Numbered from the stretch's first letter, positions 39,599-50,755 are shown. The stretch: DNA of 64,000 bases from an uncultured beta proteobacterium (GCA_963706785.1 CAVPNJ010000012.1:19253-83252), one strand, 5' to 3'. Notes: a model not told the origin generated them from the letters alone. Numbers and translations are program-made.

Positions 39599-40291
39599 AT
39601 GCGTTTCTTTAAGCGATACTTTATTACCGGGCTGCTGATTTGGATTCCCCTGGTTATTACGATCTGGGTAATCACTCTGCTCATCGGCACGCTCGAAAGC
39701 TTCGTGCCGGCATTCCTGTCGTCGCAGTCTTTGTTCGGCTATCGCATTCCAGGCTTCCAGCTGTTACTGGTTCTGCTGGTCGTGCTCCTTACCGGACTGC
39801 TCGGGGCTAATTTTATTGGCCGGGCGATCGTCGATCGGTGGGAGCAGCTACTGGGGCGTATCCCACTGGTGCGCTCCATCTATAATTCCGTCAAGCAAGT
39901 CAGTGACACGGTGCTGTCGTCTAATGGTCAGGCCTTCCGTGAAGCGGTGCTAGTGCAGTATCCGCGGCAGGGCTCCTGGACGATCGCATTCCTGACCGGT
40001 GCGCCCAGTGGCGAAGTCGCCGACAAGCTCGGCGGCGACTACGTAAGCGTTTACGTACCGACGACGCCTAATCCCACTTCCGGTTTCTTTTTGATGATGC
40101 CGCGCCAAGATGTGCAGGTGCTCGATATGAGCGTCGACGCGGCACTTAAGTACATTGTTTCCATGGGCGTCGTGGCGCCTGTTTCGGGCAAGACCATCAA
40201 CGCCAGCTTCGAAGCGGTATCGGTCATCGATGCGGCACACGGCATTGATACGGTTGACGGAACGGGCCTGCCCCGTAAAGACCAGCCCTGA
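39599..40291 (+). CDS. DUF502 domain-containing membrane protein
   Basis: 230 aa. Two N-terminal TM helices, then IPLVRSIYNSVKQV...VYVPTTPNPTSGFFLMMP, typical of DUF502. Confidence 0.8.
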   Translation: MRFFKRYFITGLLIWIPLVITIWVITLLIGTLESFVPAFLSSQSLFGYRIPGFQLLLVLLVVLLTGLLGANFIGRAIVDRWEQLLGRIPLVRSIYNSVKQVSDTVLSSNGQAFREAVLVQYPRQGSWTIAFLTGAPSGEVADKLGGDYVSVYVPTTPNPTSGFFLMMPRQDVQVLDMSVDAALKYIVSMGVVAPVSGKTINASFEAVSVIDAAHGIDTVDGTGLPRKDQP

Positions 40292-40328
40292 TTCCCAATT
40301 TAAGAATTTTTATACGGAGTAATCCTTG

Positions 40329-42125
40329 ATGCGTACCTGCTATACCGGCGAGGTAAATAAAGACCACCTGAACCAGACAGTTACCTTGTTTGGCTGGGTC
40401 CATCGTCGCCGTGACCACGGGGGCGTCATTTTCATCGATTTGCGCGACCGGGCCGGGTTGGCGCAAATTGTGGTGGACCCCGATAACGTAGAGGCATTCG
40501 GTTCGGCCGAGCATATCCGTAACGAATTTTGCGTACGTATCACAGGCTTGGTGCGCCTGCGCCCAGAGGGCACCCGTAACCCAGAGCTGGCTTCGGGCGA
40601 AATTGAAATTTTGTGCCGTGAAATCGAAGTGTTGAACCCTTCGGTGACTCCGCCATTCCAGCTGGATGACGACAATCTTTCCGAAACGACGCGCCTGACC
40701 CATCGTGTTCTGGACCTGCGCCGTCCGCAAATGCAGCGCAACCTCATGCTGCGTTATCGTGTGTCCATCGAAGTCCGCAAGTATCTCGACAACTTAGGCT
40801 TTATCGACATCGAGACGCCCATGCTGACCAAGAGCACGCCAGAAGGCGCACGTGACTATCTGGTTCCGTCGCGCGTCAATGCCGGCGAATTTTTTGCTTT
40901 GCCGCAATCGCCTCAATTGTTCAAGCAAATGCTAATGGTGTCTGGCTTTGACCGCTACTACCAAATCACCAAGTGCTTCCGCGACGAAGACCTGCGCGCA
41001 GATCGCCAGCCGGAATTCACTCAGATCGACTGCGAGACTTCATTCCTGAACGAGGACCAGATCCGCGAGATTTTCGAGGGCATGATTCGTCACGTGTTCA
41101 CCAGCGTGCAGCAAGTGGAACTACCCGCCAGTTTTCCGACGATGACATGGGAAGAAGCCATGCGCCGTTATGGTTCCGACAAGCCCGATTTGCGTGTCAA
41201 GTTGGAATTCGTCGACGTGGCCGACTTGATGCGCGGAGTCGATTTCAAGGTGTTTGCAGCCTTGGCCGACGACCCGGCCAGCCGCGTCGTGGCTTTGCGC
41301 ATACCGGGCGGTGCCAGTATGCCGCGCAGTGAAATCGACGCTTACACCAAGTTTGTCGGTATCTATGGCGCAAAGGGCTTGGCTTACATCAAGGTCAATG
41401 ATGCCGCGGCTATTCCCGAGGGCCTGCAGTCGCCTATCGTCAAGAACATACACGTCGAAGCGTTGACACAGCTTATCGAACGCACCGGCGCCCAAAGCGG
41501 CGACTTGATCTTCTTTGGCGCCGACAAGGCCAAGGTCGTCAACGACGCCATCGGCGCTCTGCGCGTCAAAATCGGGCACAGCGAGTTCGGCAAAGAAAAC
41601 GGCCTACTCGAAACTGGCTGGAAGCCATTGTGGGTTGTTGATTTCCCCATGTTCGAGTACGACGAAGACGAGGGCCGTTATTTCGCTGCGCATCATCCAT
41701 TCACCAGCCCCAAAGACGGTCACGAGGACTTCCTGGAAACCGATCCCAGCAAGGCGATCGCCAAAGCGTATGATATGGTGTTGAATGGCTGGGAAATCGG
41801 CGGCGGCTCAGTTCGGATTCATCGCGCCGATGTGCAAAGCAAGGTGTTCCGGGCCCTGAATATCGGTGCCGAAGAAGCGCGTGAAAAATTCGGATTCTTA
41901 CTCGACGCTTTGCAGTATGGCGCACCCCCTCACGGCGGCGTGGCATTCGGCCTTGATCGTCTGGTTACGATGATGGCCGGTGCAGAATCCATACGCGACG
42001 TAATCGCCTTCCCCAAGACACAACGCGCTCAGTGTTTGCTAACCCAGGCTCCTTCGCCTGTAGACGAAAAGCAATTGCGTGAACTGCACATTCGCTTGCG
42101 CAATACCGAGGTGAAAACAGCATAG
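40329..42125 (+). CDS. aspS: aspartate--tRNA ligase
   Basis: About 598 aa. MRTCYTGEV...[20 protein letters not shown] (OB domain), class II motifs [18 protein letters not shown] and [10 protein letters not shown]. Confidence 0.97.
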   Translation: MRTCYTGEVNKDHLNQTVTLFGWVHRRRDHGGVIFIDLRDRAGLAQIVVDPDNVEAFGSAEHIRNEFCVRITGLVRLRPEGTRNPELASGEIEILCREIEVLNPSVTPPFQLDDDNLSETTRLTHRVLDLRRPQMQRNLMLRYRVSIEVRKYLDNLGFIDIETPMLTKSTPEGARDYLVPSRVNAGEFFALPQSPQLFKQMLMVSGFDRYYQITKCFRDEDLRADRQPEFTQIDCETSFLNEDQIREIFEGMIRHVFTSVQQVELPASFPTMTWEEAMRRYGSDKPDLRVKLEFVDVADLMRGVDFKVFAALADDPASRVVALRIPGGASMPRSEIDAYTKFVGIYGAKGLAYIKVNDAAAIPEGLQSPIVKNIHVEALTQLIERTGAQSGDLIFFGADKAKVVNDAIGALRVKIGHSEFGKENGLLETGWKPLWVVDFPMFEYDEDEGRYFAAHHPFTSPKDGHEDFLETDPSKAIAKAYDMVLNGWEIGGGSVRIHRADVQSKVFRALNIGAEEAREKFGFLLDALQYGAPPHGGVAFGLDRLVTMMAGAESIRDVIAFPKTQRAQCLLTQAPSPVDEKQLRELHIRLRNTEVKTA

Positions 42126-42141
42126 TTATAGGGGAGCCGCA

Positions 42142-42999
42142 GTGTCGGTAATCCGGGTCGTAAGTTACAACATTCACAAGGGCCGCTCGGCCACGGGCAG
42201 CCGTGAATCGTTGGCGGACTTGCGGCTCGGTCTTTATAACTTGCGTCCGGATCTGCTATTTCTTCAAGAAGTTCAGGGCCGTAATAGCCGAAAGTCCAGC
42301 CTCGATGCGCAGCATGAATCGCTAGGAGCGGTCTTGTGCATGCAAACCGCCTATGGCTGCAACGCAGTGCGCGAGCTAACCGATCATGGCAATGCGCTGT
42401 TGTCGCGTTACCCGATACTCCAGCACGAAAACCAGGATATCTCCGACCACAAGATGGAGCAGCGAGGGCTGTTGCACGCCGTGGTCGAGGTGAATGGGAC
42501 GCCCGTGCATTGTCTCGTGGTGCATTTGGGTCTATTTGCCGGAGGCCGGTTGCGACAAGTAGCGGCCTTGGTTGAGCGTATCAAGCGCCTAGTACCACAC
42601 GACGAACCCATTCTTATTGCGGGTGACTTCAACGATTGGAACAATCGTCTGGCGCCGTTGTTCGTACAGCAACTTGGCTTGTACGAGGTGTTTGCCCTGG
42701 CGCCGCAGAATCGTCCTGTCCATGGGAAACTACGTGCGTCTGTCACCAAACTTCGCAATAGCTTGCGACCGTTTCCCCAACCATTGCCCCTGGTCCAGAA
42801 AGTACACGAGCTTGGCATGCATGGGTCGGCGCGCCTCACATTGCCGCCCCGCACTTTCCCCGCGGCATTTCCCTGGCTGCGTCTCGACCGCATTTACCAG
42901 CGCGGTTTCGCCGTGCGCAGCGCGCGCGTATTGCACGGGTCGCCCTGGAAACAGTTGTCGGACCACGCACCGCTTATTGCCGAGCTAGAGCTGCCATGA
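42142..42999 (+). CDS. endonuclease/exonuclease/phosphatase family protein (YbhP-like)
   Basis: 285 aa. GTG start after GGGGAG. SYNIHKG...LFLQEV...SDHAPLIAELE. It lies directly upstream of clsB, as in the E. coli ybhP-clsB arrangement. Confidence 0.85.
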   Translation: MSVIRVVSYNIHKGRSATGSRESLADLRLGLYNLRPDLLFLQEVQGRNSRKSSLDAQHESLGAVLCMQTAYGCNAVRELTDHGNALLSRYPILQHENQDISDHKMEQRGLLHAVVEVNGTPVHCLVVHLGLFAGGRLRQVAALVERIKRLVPHDEPILIAGDFNDWNNRLAPLFVQQLGLYEVFALAPQNRPVHGKLRASVTKLRNSLRPFPQPLPLVQKVHELGMHGSARLTLPPRTFPAAFPWLRLDRIYQRGFAVRSARVLHGSPWKQLSDHAPLIAELELP

Positions 43000-43109
43000 C
43001 CAATTTCAATTCTGGTTCAAACGTGCACTTGGTCGACTTCGCTTACTTTGCGCCAGTAATGTCTGCACTTCGCTTTCGCGTTAAGGTTTGATCCAGAAAC
43101 AAATTAAGC

Positions 43110-44378
43110 ATGCTTGATGCGGCAACGCCCGGGCAAAGGAACAAATGGATGGCGGGTAACTCTCTGCATTTGATTTGGCGCGATGGAAATCAGATCGACT
43201 TGCTGCACAATGGTGAAGAGTTCTTTCCTGCCTTGTGCGCTGCCATTGCGGCTGCCACGCGGAAAGTTCATCTTGAAACCTACATTTTCAATCTCGACAA
43301 GACCGGATTGTTGGTATTGGACCATTTGGGCGAAGCGTGTCGCAGGGGGGTGAAAGTCCGTGTTGTCATCGACGGCTTCGGAAGCAATCTGCACGCTCGG
43401 GAGATTGCACAAAGGCTTACCGAAATGGGAGCCCAGTACCGTATTTACAGGCCCGAGCCTACCGGCCTGCGTACCGTAAAATTCGACTTGCGCCGTCTGC
43501 GCCGACTGCACCGGAAAGTGACCGTGGTCGACGACTCGCTCGCTTTTGTCGGCGGCATAAATATACTTGATGACTACGTCAACGTGCCCAAAAACGGAAA
43601 GGGCCTGCGCCCGCGTTTCGATTTTGGCGTGCGTATGCAAGGACCTATCGTCACTGACGTCGCCAGGGCTCAGCGCGCCCTCTGGCTGCGCATGGCGTGG
43701 CGGCGGCGCGACGATTGGGCCGCTTTCTATCGCAGGCTTCGGGACTGGGGCAAATGGCGCAGGGCACGGCAGAAGTATGCCGTCACCACCTTTAGTCCGG
43801 GACAGCGCGCGGCGCTGCTATTGCGCGACAACATCCTCTTTCGTCAAACCATAGAAGACGTATATGTGGCTACCATCGCGCGCGCCACCGGCGATATTCT
43901 TATTGCCAACGCATATTTCTTTCCGGGTCGGCGATTACGCAAAGCGCTGCATAACGCGGCACAGCGCGGTGTGCGGGTAAGATTGCTGCTGCAGGGTAGA
44001 TCCGAATACCCCATGCAGTATCGGGCCTGCCGCTATATGTATTGCAAGATGCTGAATGATGGCATCGAAATTTACGAATATATGGCTAGTTATCTCCATG
44101 CCAAGGTCGCGGTGATTAATGATTACGCCATGGTGGGTTCATCAAACCTGGATCCATTCAGCCTTTTACTCGCGCGCGAAGCCAATGTCTTCGTTCATGA
44201 CCCAGCCTTCGCCGCCGAATTGAAGGCTGCGCTTGAAGCGGAAGTGCACAACGACGCTCACCAAGTAACGGATGACTACCTGAAGCAGCGCAGCTTTGTT
44301 GGACGTTGGATCGATGCTTTTGCATACTTTCTGCTGCGTGCAGGAGTCGGTTTAACCGGTAAGTCATCCGAGTATTAA
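43110..44378 (+). CDS. clsB: cardiolipin synthase ClsB (phospholipase D family)
   Basis: Two HKD motifs (RLHRKVTVVDD..., YLHAKVAVINDYAMVGSSNLD). No N-terminal TM segment. The start could be 43149. Confidence 0.85.
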   Translation: MLDAATPGQRNKWMAGNSLHLIWRDGNQIDLLHNGEEFFPALCAAIAAATRKVHLETYIFNLDKTGLLVLDHLGEACRRGVKVRVVIDGFGSNLHAREIAQRLTEMGAQYRIYRPEPTGLRTVKFDLRRLRRLHRKVTVVDDSLAFVGGINILDDYVNVPKNGKGLRPRFDFGVRMQGPIVTDVARAQRALWLRMAWRRRDDWAAFYRRLRDWGKWRRARQKYAVTTFSPGQRAALLLRDNILFRQTIEDVYVATIARATGDILIANAYFFPGRRLRKALHNAAQRGVRVRLLLQGRSEYPMQYRACRYMYCKMLNDGIEIYEYMASYLHAKVAVINDYAMVGSSNLDPFSLLLAREANVFVHDPAFAAELKAALEAEVHNDAHQVTDDYLKQRSFVGRWIDAFAYFLLRAGVGLTGKSSEY

Positions 44379-44564
44379 GTGGTGGCGGACACCTATTGGC
44401 TTTTTCCGTTGCGAAATTGCATCGACATCGTTTATACGAGCGTCACAACACAAAGAAACGGCGATTGGTGACAAACCCGTAATAAAATTAATCCATTGGC
44501 GCAAAACGTACACGGGTGTGCACGAATGTTCACCGCGCAAAGTTACTGAAAAAGAACCACCATC

Positions 44565-45395
44565 ATGTGTCAGCTGCTGGGCATGAATTGCGCTACGCCT
44601 ACCGATATCACGTTTTCATTTACGGGATTTGCCGCCCGAGGCGGACACACTGATCATCATGCCGATGGCTTCGGTGTAGGTTTTTTCGAGAGCAAGGCTT
44701 GCCGAGTGTTTATCGACAACCAGCCCTCGTGCAAGTCACCTGTTGCCGAACTGATCAAAAACTATCCCATCAAGTCCAAGAACGTAATTGCCCACATTCG
44801 CAAGGCAACGCAAGGCGCCACCGAGCTGGAGAATTGCCATCCTTTCATGCGCGAACTGTGGGGCCGGCATTGGATTTTTGCGCATAACGGCGACTTACTG
44901 GATTATCGGCCCGAGCTTAGCGGTCAGTATCAGGCGGTGGGCACAACCGATAGCGAAACCGCGTTCTGCCATATTATGCAGGGCTTGCGTGAGCGTTTTG
45001 GCAATATAGAACCTTCTACGGTCGATCTTTTTCACGCAATAGAAGAGCTAACGCACGAAATTACTATTCACGGCGTATTCAATTTTCTACTTTCCAATGG
45101 GCGTTCGCAGTTCGCGCATTGCTCGACTAACCTGCATTACATCGTGCGGGAGTGGCCCTTTAATAAGGCGCACTTGATCGATGCCGATATGACTGTGGAT
45201 TTTTCCCTGACCAATCGCCTGGGCGACTGCGTTTCGGTCATTGCCACCAAGCCATTAACCGACAACGAGGTCTGGACCCGATTCGAGGCAGGCCAGTTGA
45301 TCATGTTCGAGCAGGGCTGTTTGTCGCTGAGAACGATGGTGCCCATTCCGGAGTCGGTGCAAAAGAAGAACGCGGAAAATCTGGCTTGCGCCTGA
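44565..45395 (+). CDS. class II (Ntn) glutamine amidotransferase-like protein (YafJ/EgtC-like)
   Basis: 276 aa. MCQLLGM has Cys2 as the Ntn nucleophile; also HIRKATQG...NCHPF...FAHNGDL. Confidence 0.85.
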   Translation: MCQLLGMNCATPTDITFSFTGFAARGGHTDHHADGFGVGFFESKACRVFIDNQPSCKSPVAELIKNYPIKSKNVIAHIRKATQGATELENCHPFMRELWGRHWIFAHNGDLLDYRPELSGQYQAVGTTDSETAFCHIMQGLRERFGNIEPSTVDLFHAIEELTHEITIHGVFNFLLSNGRSQFAHCSTNLHYIVREWPFNKAHLIDADMTVDFSLTNRLGDCVSVIATKPLTDNEVWTRFEAGQLIMFEQGCLSLRTMVPIPESVQKKNAENLACA

Positions 45396-45420
45396 TTTAG
45401 TGCGGCGCCATTGCGTCTGC

Positions 45421-46134
45421 TTATCCCGCGACGGCAACGGACTGGCTATCCGGGGCGTTGGCAGTAACGGGTTTCAGCCGCGCAACTACGTCATCAGTAC
45501 CGAGAACATCACCGAAGAAAAGCATCCAGTTGATCAACGAATTATTGTGCTCGTCAGGCGTGACCGCGGATAAGGCGTCATCCACCATCACTGTGGCGTA
45601 GTCCATCATCATGGCGTCGCGGGCGGTGGACTCGCAACAGACATTAGTGACCGTCCCGCCTATGAGCACGGTTGTCACGCCGTTCGCTTGCAGAGTGTCA
45701 TGCAGAGATGACGAGCCCGGTGCCAAGGCGCTATAACAGCGTTTGACGACGCGCTTATCGTCTGCGTGGATGTCGAGCTGCGGTGGAAAGGCGTAGCCTT
45801 GATGGGCAGCGCTAAGTTCAAGTAAGCGGCGGGCGCTGCGTTCCGGCGTCAACATATGGCGATGGTGATGCGACCAAAACGTGTCGGCACCGTCGGAGCA
45901 GGTCTGTACCCAAATAACATGGCCGCCCGCCTGGCGCATAGCCGCGGCAAGCTTGTTGACAGCCGGAAAGGTTGCCCGCGAGGGTGCGCATTCACCCTGA
46001 AAGCCCGGCTGCGTGTAATAGTTTTGCAGATCTATAACCACGAATGCCGTTTTGCTGGCGTCGAATTCGGAATAGGGATGCAAGCGCCCCTGCCGGGCTA
46101 CAACGCGATCAACGACCCACTGGGGAAAGTCCAT
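45421..46134 (-). CDS. isochorismatase-family cysteine hydrolase
   Basis: 237 aa. FVVIDLQNYY..., catalytic Cys context GGTVTNVCCESTARDA. It is the last gene of the ABC transporter operon. Confidence 0.85.
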   Translation of the reverse strand: MDFPQWVVDRVVARQGRLHPYSEFDASKTAFVVIDLQNYYTQPGFQGECAPSRATFPAVNKLAAAMRQAGGHVIWVQTCSDGADTFWSHHHRHMLTPERSARRLLELSAAHQGYAFPPQLDIHADDKRVVKRCYSALAPGSSSLHDTLQANGVTTVLIGGTVTNVCCESTARDAMMMDYATVMVDDALSAVTPDEHNNSLINWMLFFGDVLGTDDVVARLKPVTANAPDSQSVAVAG

Positions 46135-46146
46135 GCTTCTGCTTCC

Positions 46147-47001
46147 TTAAGAGTATCGGCGCGAGGTGGCTGCCTCGAGGCGCGCGATAACCAAATACAT
46201 CAAACCGGAAATGATGGCCAGGACGACGATGGCCGTCATGACTATGTTCAGCTTGAAGACTTGGCTTCCATTAATGATCAGAAAGCCCAGGCCTTCGCTG
46301 GAAGACTGGAACTCACCTACGATCACACCGACCAAGGCCAGTCCGATATTCATCTTCAAGGCGGCCAGCAGTGTGGGGACGCTGCCTGGCAGTACAACCA
46401 TGCTCAGGACTTGCGCGCGCGTTGCGCCCAGGGTGAGCGCCAGCTTTATCTTGTTGGGGTCGATGCCGCGAAACCCTTCATAGACGACCATGATGGTTAT
46501 GAACACAGAGATGGCAACGGCCATGCCGTAAACCGAGTATTCCGAACCTAGCCATATATAGAAAATAGGCACGAAGGCGATTTTCGGCATGGCGTTGCTG
46601 ATGACCAGAAAGGGGTCGAGAACCTTGTAGAAGAAATCCGACCACCATAATGCCGCTGCAAGGGCTATGCCGACGACCATGCTAATGACAAAGCCGATAA
46701 GGGTCGCCTTGAACGTAGCCCAGGTATGCCATAGCAGATCGCCGTTCCGAAGCAAATCGAGAAAGGTCGGCCATACCGCACTGGGATAGCTGGTGAGCAT
46801 GGGATTGACGATATGGGTTTTCGCCATGATCTCCCAGACGGCCAGGAACGCAACCAACAGCAGTATGCGGCTGGCCATGATCATGGTTTGCCTGCGACTT
46901 TCGCGTTTCAGGTACGCGGCATAGGCAGGGCTGGGGGCCGAGGGGGCCGAGCTTGGACTGGAGGTGTCTTTGATAGTTACCGCTGCTGGACTGAGTGCCA
47001 T
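46147..47001 (-). CDS. ABC transporter permease (NitT/TauT family)
   Basis: 284 aa with 6 TM segments. EAA-like loop LTLGATRAQVLSMVVLPGSVPTLLAALK. Confidence 0.88.
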   Translation of the reverse strand: MALSPAAVTIKDTSSPSSAPSAPSPAYAAYLKRESRRQTMIMASRILLLVAFLAVWEIMAKTHIVNPMLTSYPSAVWPTFLDLLRNGDLLWHTWATFKATLIGFVISMVVGIALAAALWWSDFFYKVLDPFLVISNAMPKIAFVPIFYIWLGSEYSVYGMAVAISVFITIMVVYEGFRGIDPNKIKLALTLGATRAQVLSMVVLPGSVPTLLAALKMNIGLALVGVIVGEFQSSSEGLGFLIINGSQVFKLNIVMTAIVVLAIISGLMYLVIARLEAATSRRYS

Positions 47002-47016
47002 TGTGTGACTCCTGGT

Positions 47017-47853
47017 TTAGCCTTCGACGTGTACATCAAGCTCATCCCACAGAGTGCTGAAATAAGTGTTGAACTCGGGAAGGGACCGCGCTTCGAACGG
47101 TGTAGGCCGCCCACTAATATGGCTGGGGAACTGCATTAAGTGTTGCGACTTGATCCGGCCCGGTCGTCGCGACAACACGATGACCCGGTCTGTCATGGCA
47201 ATGGCTTCGCCAATGTCGTGCGTAACCAGCACGACCGACTTACCCTCGCTTCGCAACACGTCGACGACCTCGTCGGCGATAGCCAGGCGAGTTTGCGAGT
47301 CCAGCGCCGAAAAAGGTTCGTCGAGAAGGACAACATCGGGGTTCGTCGCCAGGGTTCTGGCCAAAGCCACACGTTGGCGCATGCCGCCCGAAAGAGCCCG
47401 TGGATAATGATTTAGGAAATTTCCCATGCCGCACTTTTCCAGCAGGTGGATGGCACGCTCACGTGCTTCCTTCATGTTTCTTTTCTGAATCTCCGCACCC
47501 AGCAGGGCATTATCCAGAATGGTGCGCCATTCATAAAGATAGTCTTGCTGCAGCATGTAGCCAATGCGCTGGGACGGCGCAGTCACCGGCTTTCCGCCGA
47601 CTCTGACCACCCCTGCTGAAGGTTCCAGAATGCCGGCGATGATGGATAGCAGCGTGCTTTTTCCACAGCCCGACTGGCCGATTATGCTGACGAACTCGCC
47701 GGCTTCGATGTTTAGCGAAATACCAGCTAATGCCTGGGTCTCGCCCTGTTTGGTGAAATAACGCAGCGATACGTCGTCGATTTCGATACGGGCGGCGCCC
47801 GCTGCAACGCGTGCAGTGCGCGATGCAGGTTCCATGGCGTCGTTCAGCATCAT
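47017..47853 (-). CDS. ABC transporter ATP-binding protein (NitT/TauT family)
   Basis: Walker A GQSGCGKST, signature LSGGMRQRVALAR, Walker B VVLLDEPFSALD. Confidence 0.93.
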   Translation of the reverse strand: MMLNDAMEPASRTARVAAGAARIEIDDVSLRYFTKQGETQALAGISLNIEAGEFVSIIGQSGCGKSTLLSIIAGILEPSAGVVRVGGKPVTAPSQRIGYMLQQDYLYEWRTILDNALLGAEIQKRNMKEARERAIHLLEKCGMGNFLNHYPRALSGGMRQRVALARTLATNPDVVLLDEPFSALDSQTRLAIADEVVDVLRSEGKSVVLVTHDIGEAIAMTDRVIVLSRRPGRIKSQHLMQFPSHISGRPTPFEARSLPEFNTYFSTLWDELDVHVEG

Positions 47854-48870
47854 TTATTTAGCCTCGCTTGCAAAGGTCGTATCGACGATACGGTCGTACT
47901 TGACGCGTTTGTCTTGTTCAAGCAGCCCACTGGCAACCAACATATCCTGGAGCTTTTCCATGGCCGCCTCTTCAACGGCTGGGGTCTTCTTCCATAAGTC
48001 GTATTGGCGGTAGCGGTCGATGGTGGTGACTAGTTCACCTTCGGAAAGACCCGGAAAGTATGAACTGATGTGTTGGGCCAGTGCAGCAGGAGGCGCATCT
48101 TGTACGTATTTTTGTGCCTTGTATATGGCGTTCGTCCAGGCTTGTGCCACCTTGGAGTTTTTCTTTAGGTAGGCATCGGTGGCGGTAAATGAAGTGAAGT
48201 CCACCGGCCCGACCTCGCGGCCTATCGATGCAACCACCTGACCTTTGCCGCTTTTCTCGAGGTTACTGGCCTCGGGTTCAAGGAAGATGGCGTAGTCGGC
48301 CTGGCCCGCCATCCAGGCGCCCGCCCGTGCTGCGGGGCCAATGTTGCTGATCATTTTGACGTCGGACTTAGGGTTCAAGCTATGTTTTCTTAGTGCGGTT
48401 TCCAAAAACACATCTGGATTTGAGCCTGGCCGGAAAGACATAACGCTTTTGCCCTTAAGCATGGCCCAGTCAAAGTCCTTTACTGGTTCGCGCGACAGTA
48501 GAAGAAAGCCGTCGGTTGCTGTAAGCCCGGCGAACACTTTGGGTTTTACCGGCGACTCGCTGTTGGCGACGTATATCGACGCTTCCGGGCCGACCAGGAC
48601 AATATCCGCACTGCCCGATAGCAGTGCGGCCATGCCTTTGTCAGTGCCTTGAGATGTTTTCAAGCTGACATCAAGCCCCGCCTCTTTAAAGTACCCTTGA
48701 TTCAATGCAACGTACATTGGCATGTAAAGCACAGAGCGAACCACCTCTTCATACCGTACTTTGGTGGGTTCCGCTGCGTTGGCTTGGGTTACGGCTGAAA
48801 GTGGAAATAACGCTGCGGATGCAATCAACAATTTGCGGGTAATAGAAAATCGGAGGGAAAGGCTGGGCAT
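47854..48870 (-). CDS. ABC transporter substrate-binding protein (NMT1/TauA/SsuA-like)
   Basis: 338 aa. A signal peptide is followed by a periplasmic-binding-protein layout. The gene abuts the ATPase gene. Confidence 0.8.
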   Translation of the reverse strand: MPSLSLRFSITRKLLIASAALFPLSAVTQANAAEPTKVRYEEVVRSVLYMPMYVALNQGYFKEAGLDVSLKTSQGTDKGMAALLSGSADIVLVGPEASIYVANSESPVKPKVFAGLTATDGFLLLSREPVKDFDWAMLKGKSVMSFRPGSNPDVFLETALRKHSLNPKSDVKMISNIGPAARAGAWMAGQADYAIFLEPEASNLEKSGKGQVVASIGREVGPVDFTSFTATDAYLKKNSKVAQAWTNAIYKAQKYVQDAPPAALAQHISSYFPGLSEGELVTTIDRYRQYDLWKKTPAVEEAAMEKLQDMLVASGLLEQDKRVKYDRIVDTTFASEAK

Positions 48871-48922
48871 GTCTTGCTCCTTGTGTGGTCACGTGCGGGA
48901 ATATCGCGCAAATGCAAAGTTG

Positions 48923-48932
48923 TATACAGTAT
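48923..48932. promoter_or_regulatory. candidate operator, copy 1 of the TATACA(G/A)TAT motif (upstream of the ABC operon)
   Basis: TTGTATACAGTATTC lies 50-60 nt upstream of the binding-protein start codon and contains the palindrome TGTATACA. Confidence 0.4.
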
Positions 48933-49116
48933 TCTAATTTTGATCTGGATCAAAAATAGCATGAATATTGCCCAGTACAAAGCAGGGGTTATCCCTAGGA
49001 AGGGGGTGGTCGGTGAAGAGGATTTAGACAGCGAAAGCCCCACCACTGCATGATTCAGTTGGCGGGGCTAAAAGGAAATAATACGGATAGCTTAGGGGCG
49101 CTGACGCCTAGCCGGT

Positions 49117-49860
49117 TTAGGGGATCGGGCGGGCTTCGGTATAGGCTTTGGCGGCATTGTGAACGTGCTGAGTGGCAAGCAACCCAGCGAGTTCGGCGTT
49201 GCCGTCGATGACGGCGTTAAGGATTTGCGCGTGCTCTTCCCAGTTTTGTTTTGCCCTGCGCATATTGCTGGGGGCAAACAAAAGCGCCGTACGGTCTCGA
49301 AGCGAGCGCATCAGTTCGGTCAACACGACATTGCCGGCAATAATGGCGAGTGCTTCATGGAATTGCGAGTTTAAGTCGCGGAACTTTTCGACGTTTTCTT
49401 TATTGATGGCATCTACGCCATCGTTCAGTATGCTTTGCAAGCGTTCTATCGTTTGTTTATCGCGCCGTTGCGCTGCCAGTCTGGCGTTGAGCCCTTCGAG
49501 CGCTGCACGAACCTCGACCATGTCGTAGGCGATATCGTCGGATAATATTGCCACCGAAGCGCCGCGCCGGGGTTCTATTGCTACCAGGCCTTCGGCAGCA
49601 AGGGCGCGTAGCGCTTCGCGCACGGGTATGCGGGACACCGCCATTTCAGTTGAAAGTTTACCTTCAATCAAGCGATCGCCAGGTCGGAATTCGCCGCTCA
49701 GAATGCGTTCGCGCAGTTTGTCGCGAATGACAGCAAACAGGGGGGAGTGTTGGTTCCCGATTTTTTGCGCCGCGACATCGCTTGGAGCTAGGCCAGGTTC
49801 AACAGTAGTGGAAGACGGTTTCATTATGCCGAGCGCGAAGTTGAACGTAGAGACGTCCAT
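49117..49860 (-). CDS. GntR family transcriptional regulator (FCD subfamily)
   Basis: LRERILSGEFRPGDRLIEGKLSTEMAVSRIPVREALRALAAEGLV, plus an FCD-like helical C-terminus. The start could be 49824. Confidence 0.9.
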   Translation of the reverse strand: MDVSTFNFALGIMKPSSTTVEPGLAPSDVAAQKIGNQHSPLFAVIRDKLRERILSGEFRPGDRLIEGKLSTEMAVSRIPVREALRALAAEGLVAIEPRRGASVAILSDDIAYDMVEVRAALEGLNARLAAQRRDKQTIERLQSILNDGVDAINKENVEKFRDLNSQFHEALAIIAGNVVLTELMRSLRDRTALLFAPSNMRRAKQNWEEHAQILNAVIDGNAELAGLLATQHVHNAAKAYTEARPIP

Positions 49861-49906
49861 TATAAATGATCCTTATATCCGTTATTCAACGCCCACAGGC
49901 ATCGAA

Positions 49907-50647
49907 CTATATCGCTTTTACGATCAGGCCCACTGCACTGAGCGCGCAAAAAACGAGCAGGACCTGCCGTATCCTGGCCGGGCTGATTTTTTGCCTGATG
50001 CGTCCTGAAAGCGAAAACCCAAGAAGCATGAACGGCACCAGCGTGAGGCTAAGCAGGAACTCGTGCCACCCGTAATGGCCGGTCAACGATAGTACGATCA
50101 GCGAAAACATCGAACCGCAAAACAATACGACGCCTATAGTTGCGCGCAAGCTGGGTGGGGAACTATGTTGCAAGGCGATCGCAAGCGGGGGGGCGCCAAC
50201 CGAAGTGAGCGTGCCCATGATACCCGAGACCAAACCGGCCACGCTTACATTAGTGCGTGTCGTGGCAATCCGCAATCCGGTCGCGCTTAGCACGACTGCC
50301 ATCAAAATAAGAACAGCGAACAGTACGTTCAAGGGTTTCGGTGCCAGATGCGCCATCGCGAACGCGGCGATGACAGTTCCGATCGAGCGTCCCACTAAAG
50401 CAGACCCCACGGATGGCCAGGCAATAAAGCGATATTCGCGCAAGGCAGTCAGCAATGTGACAAAGCCGCCCAGTGTAAGCAATGGGCCTGGCACCAGATC
50501 TGGGCAGAAGATGGCAGCAATGGGCGCGGCAAACATCGTGAAGCCCACGCCTCCTACCCCTTGCATAAATGCAGAGCCGCCAATAAGCACCGCCATCAAG
50601 CCATAAAGCTGGGGGTCCGAAAAAGGAAGCAGATCAGATATGAGCAT
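49907..50647 (-). CDS. TauE/SafE (DUF81) family anion exporter
   Basis: 246 aa with about 8 TM segments and Gly-rich helices typical of DUF81 proteins. Co-directional with the downstream GntR gene. Confidence 0.75.
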   Translation of the reverse strand: MLISDLLPFSDPQLYGLMAVLIGGSAFMQGVGGVGFTMFAAPIAAIFCPDLVPGPLLTLGGFVTLLTALREYRFIAWPSVGSALVGRSIGTVIAAFAMAHLAPKPLNVLFAVLILMAVVLSATGLRIATTRTNVSVAGLVSGIMGTLTSVGAPPLAIALQHSSPPSLRATIGVVLFCGSMFSLIVLSLTGHYGWHEFLLSLTLVPFMLLGFSLSGRIRQKISPARIRQVLLVFCALSAVGLIVKAI

Positions 50648-50755
50648 GGGCCGGGGTAGCAGCTAGATATAGGTGGTTCGCAATCCTGACGGGTGGGCTA
50701 TTTTCACTACGTAAGGGAAAACCACCTTGCTATGGTTTTTCTTATCAGAAGATAA

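Noticed and set aside
49907-50647. Using the TauE/SafE annotation as evidence that the island degrades sulfonates
   Set aside because: DUF81 proteins are generic anion exporters, and no desulfonating enzyme (Xsc, TauD, SsuD, TauXY) is visible in the window. I kept this only as a hedged remark.
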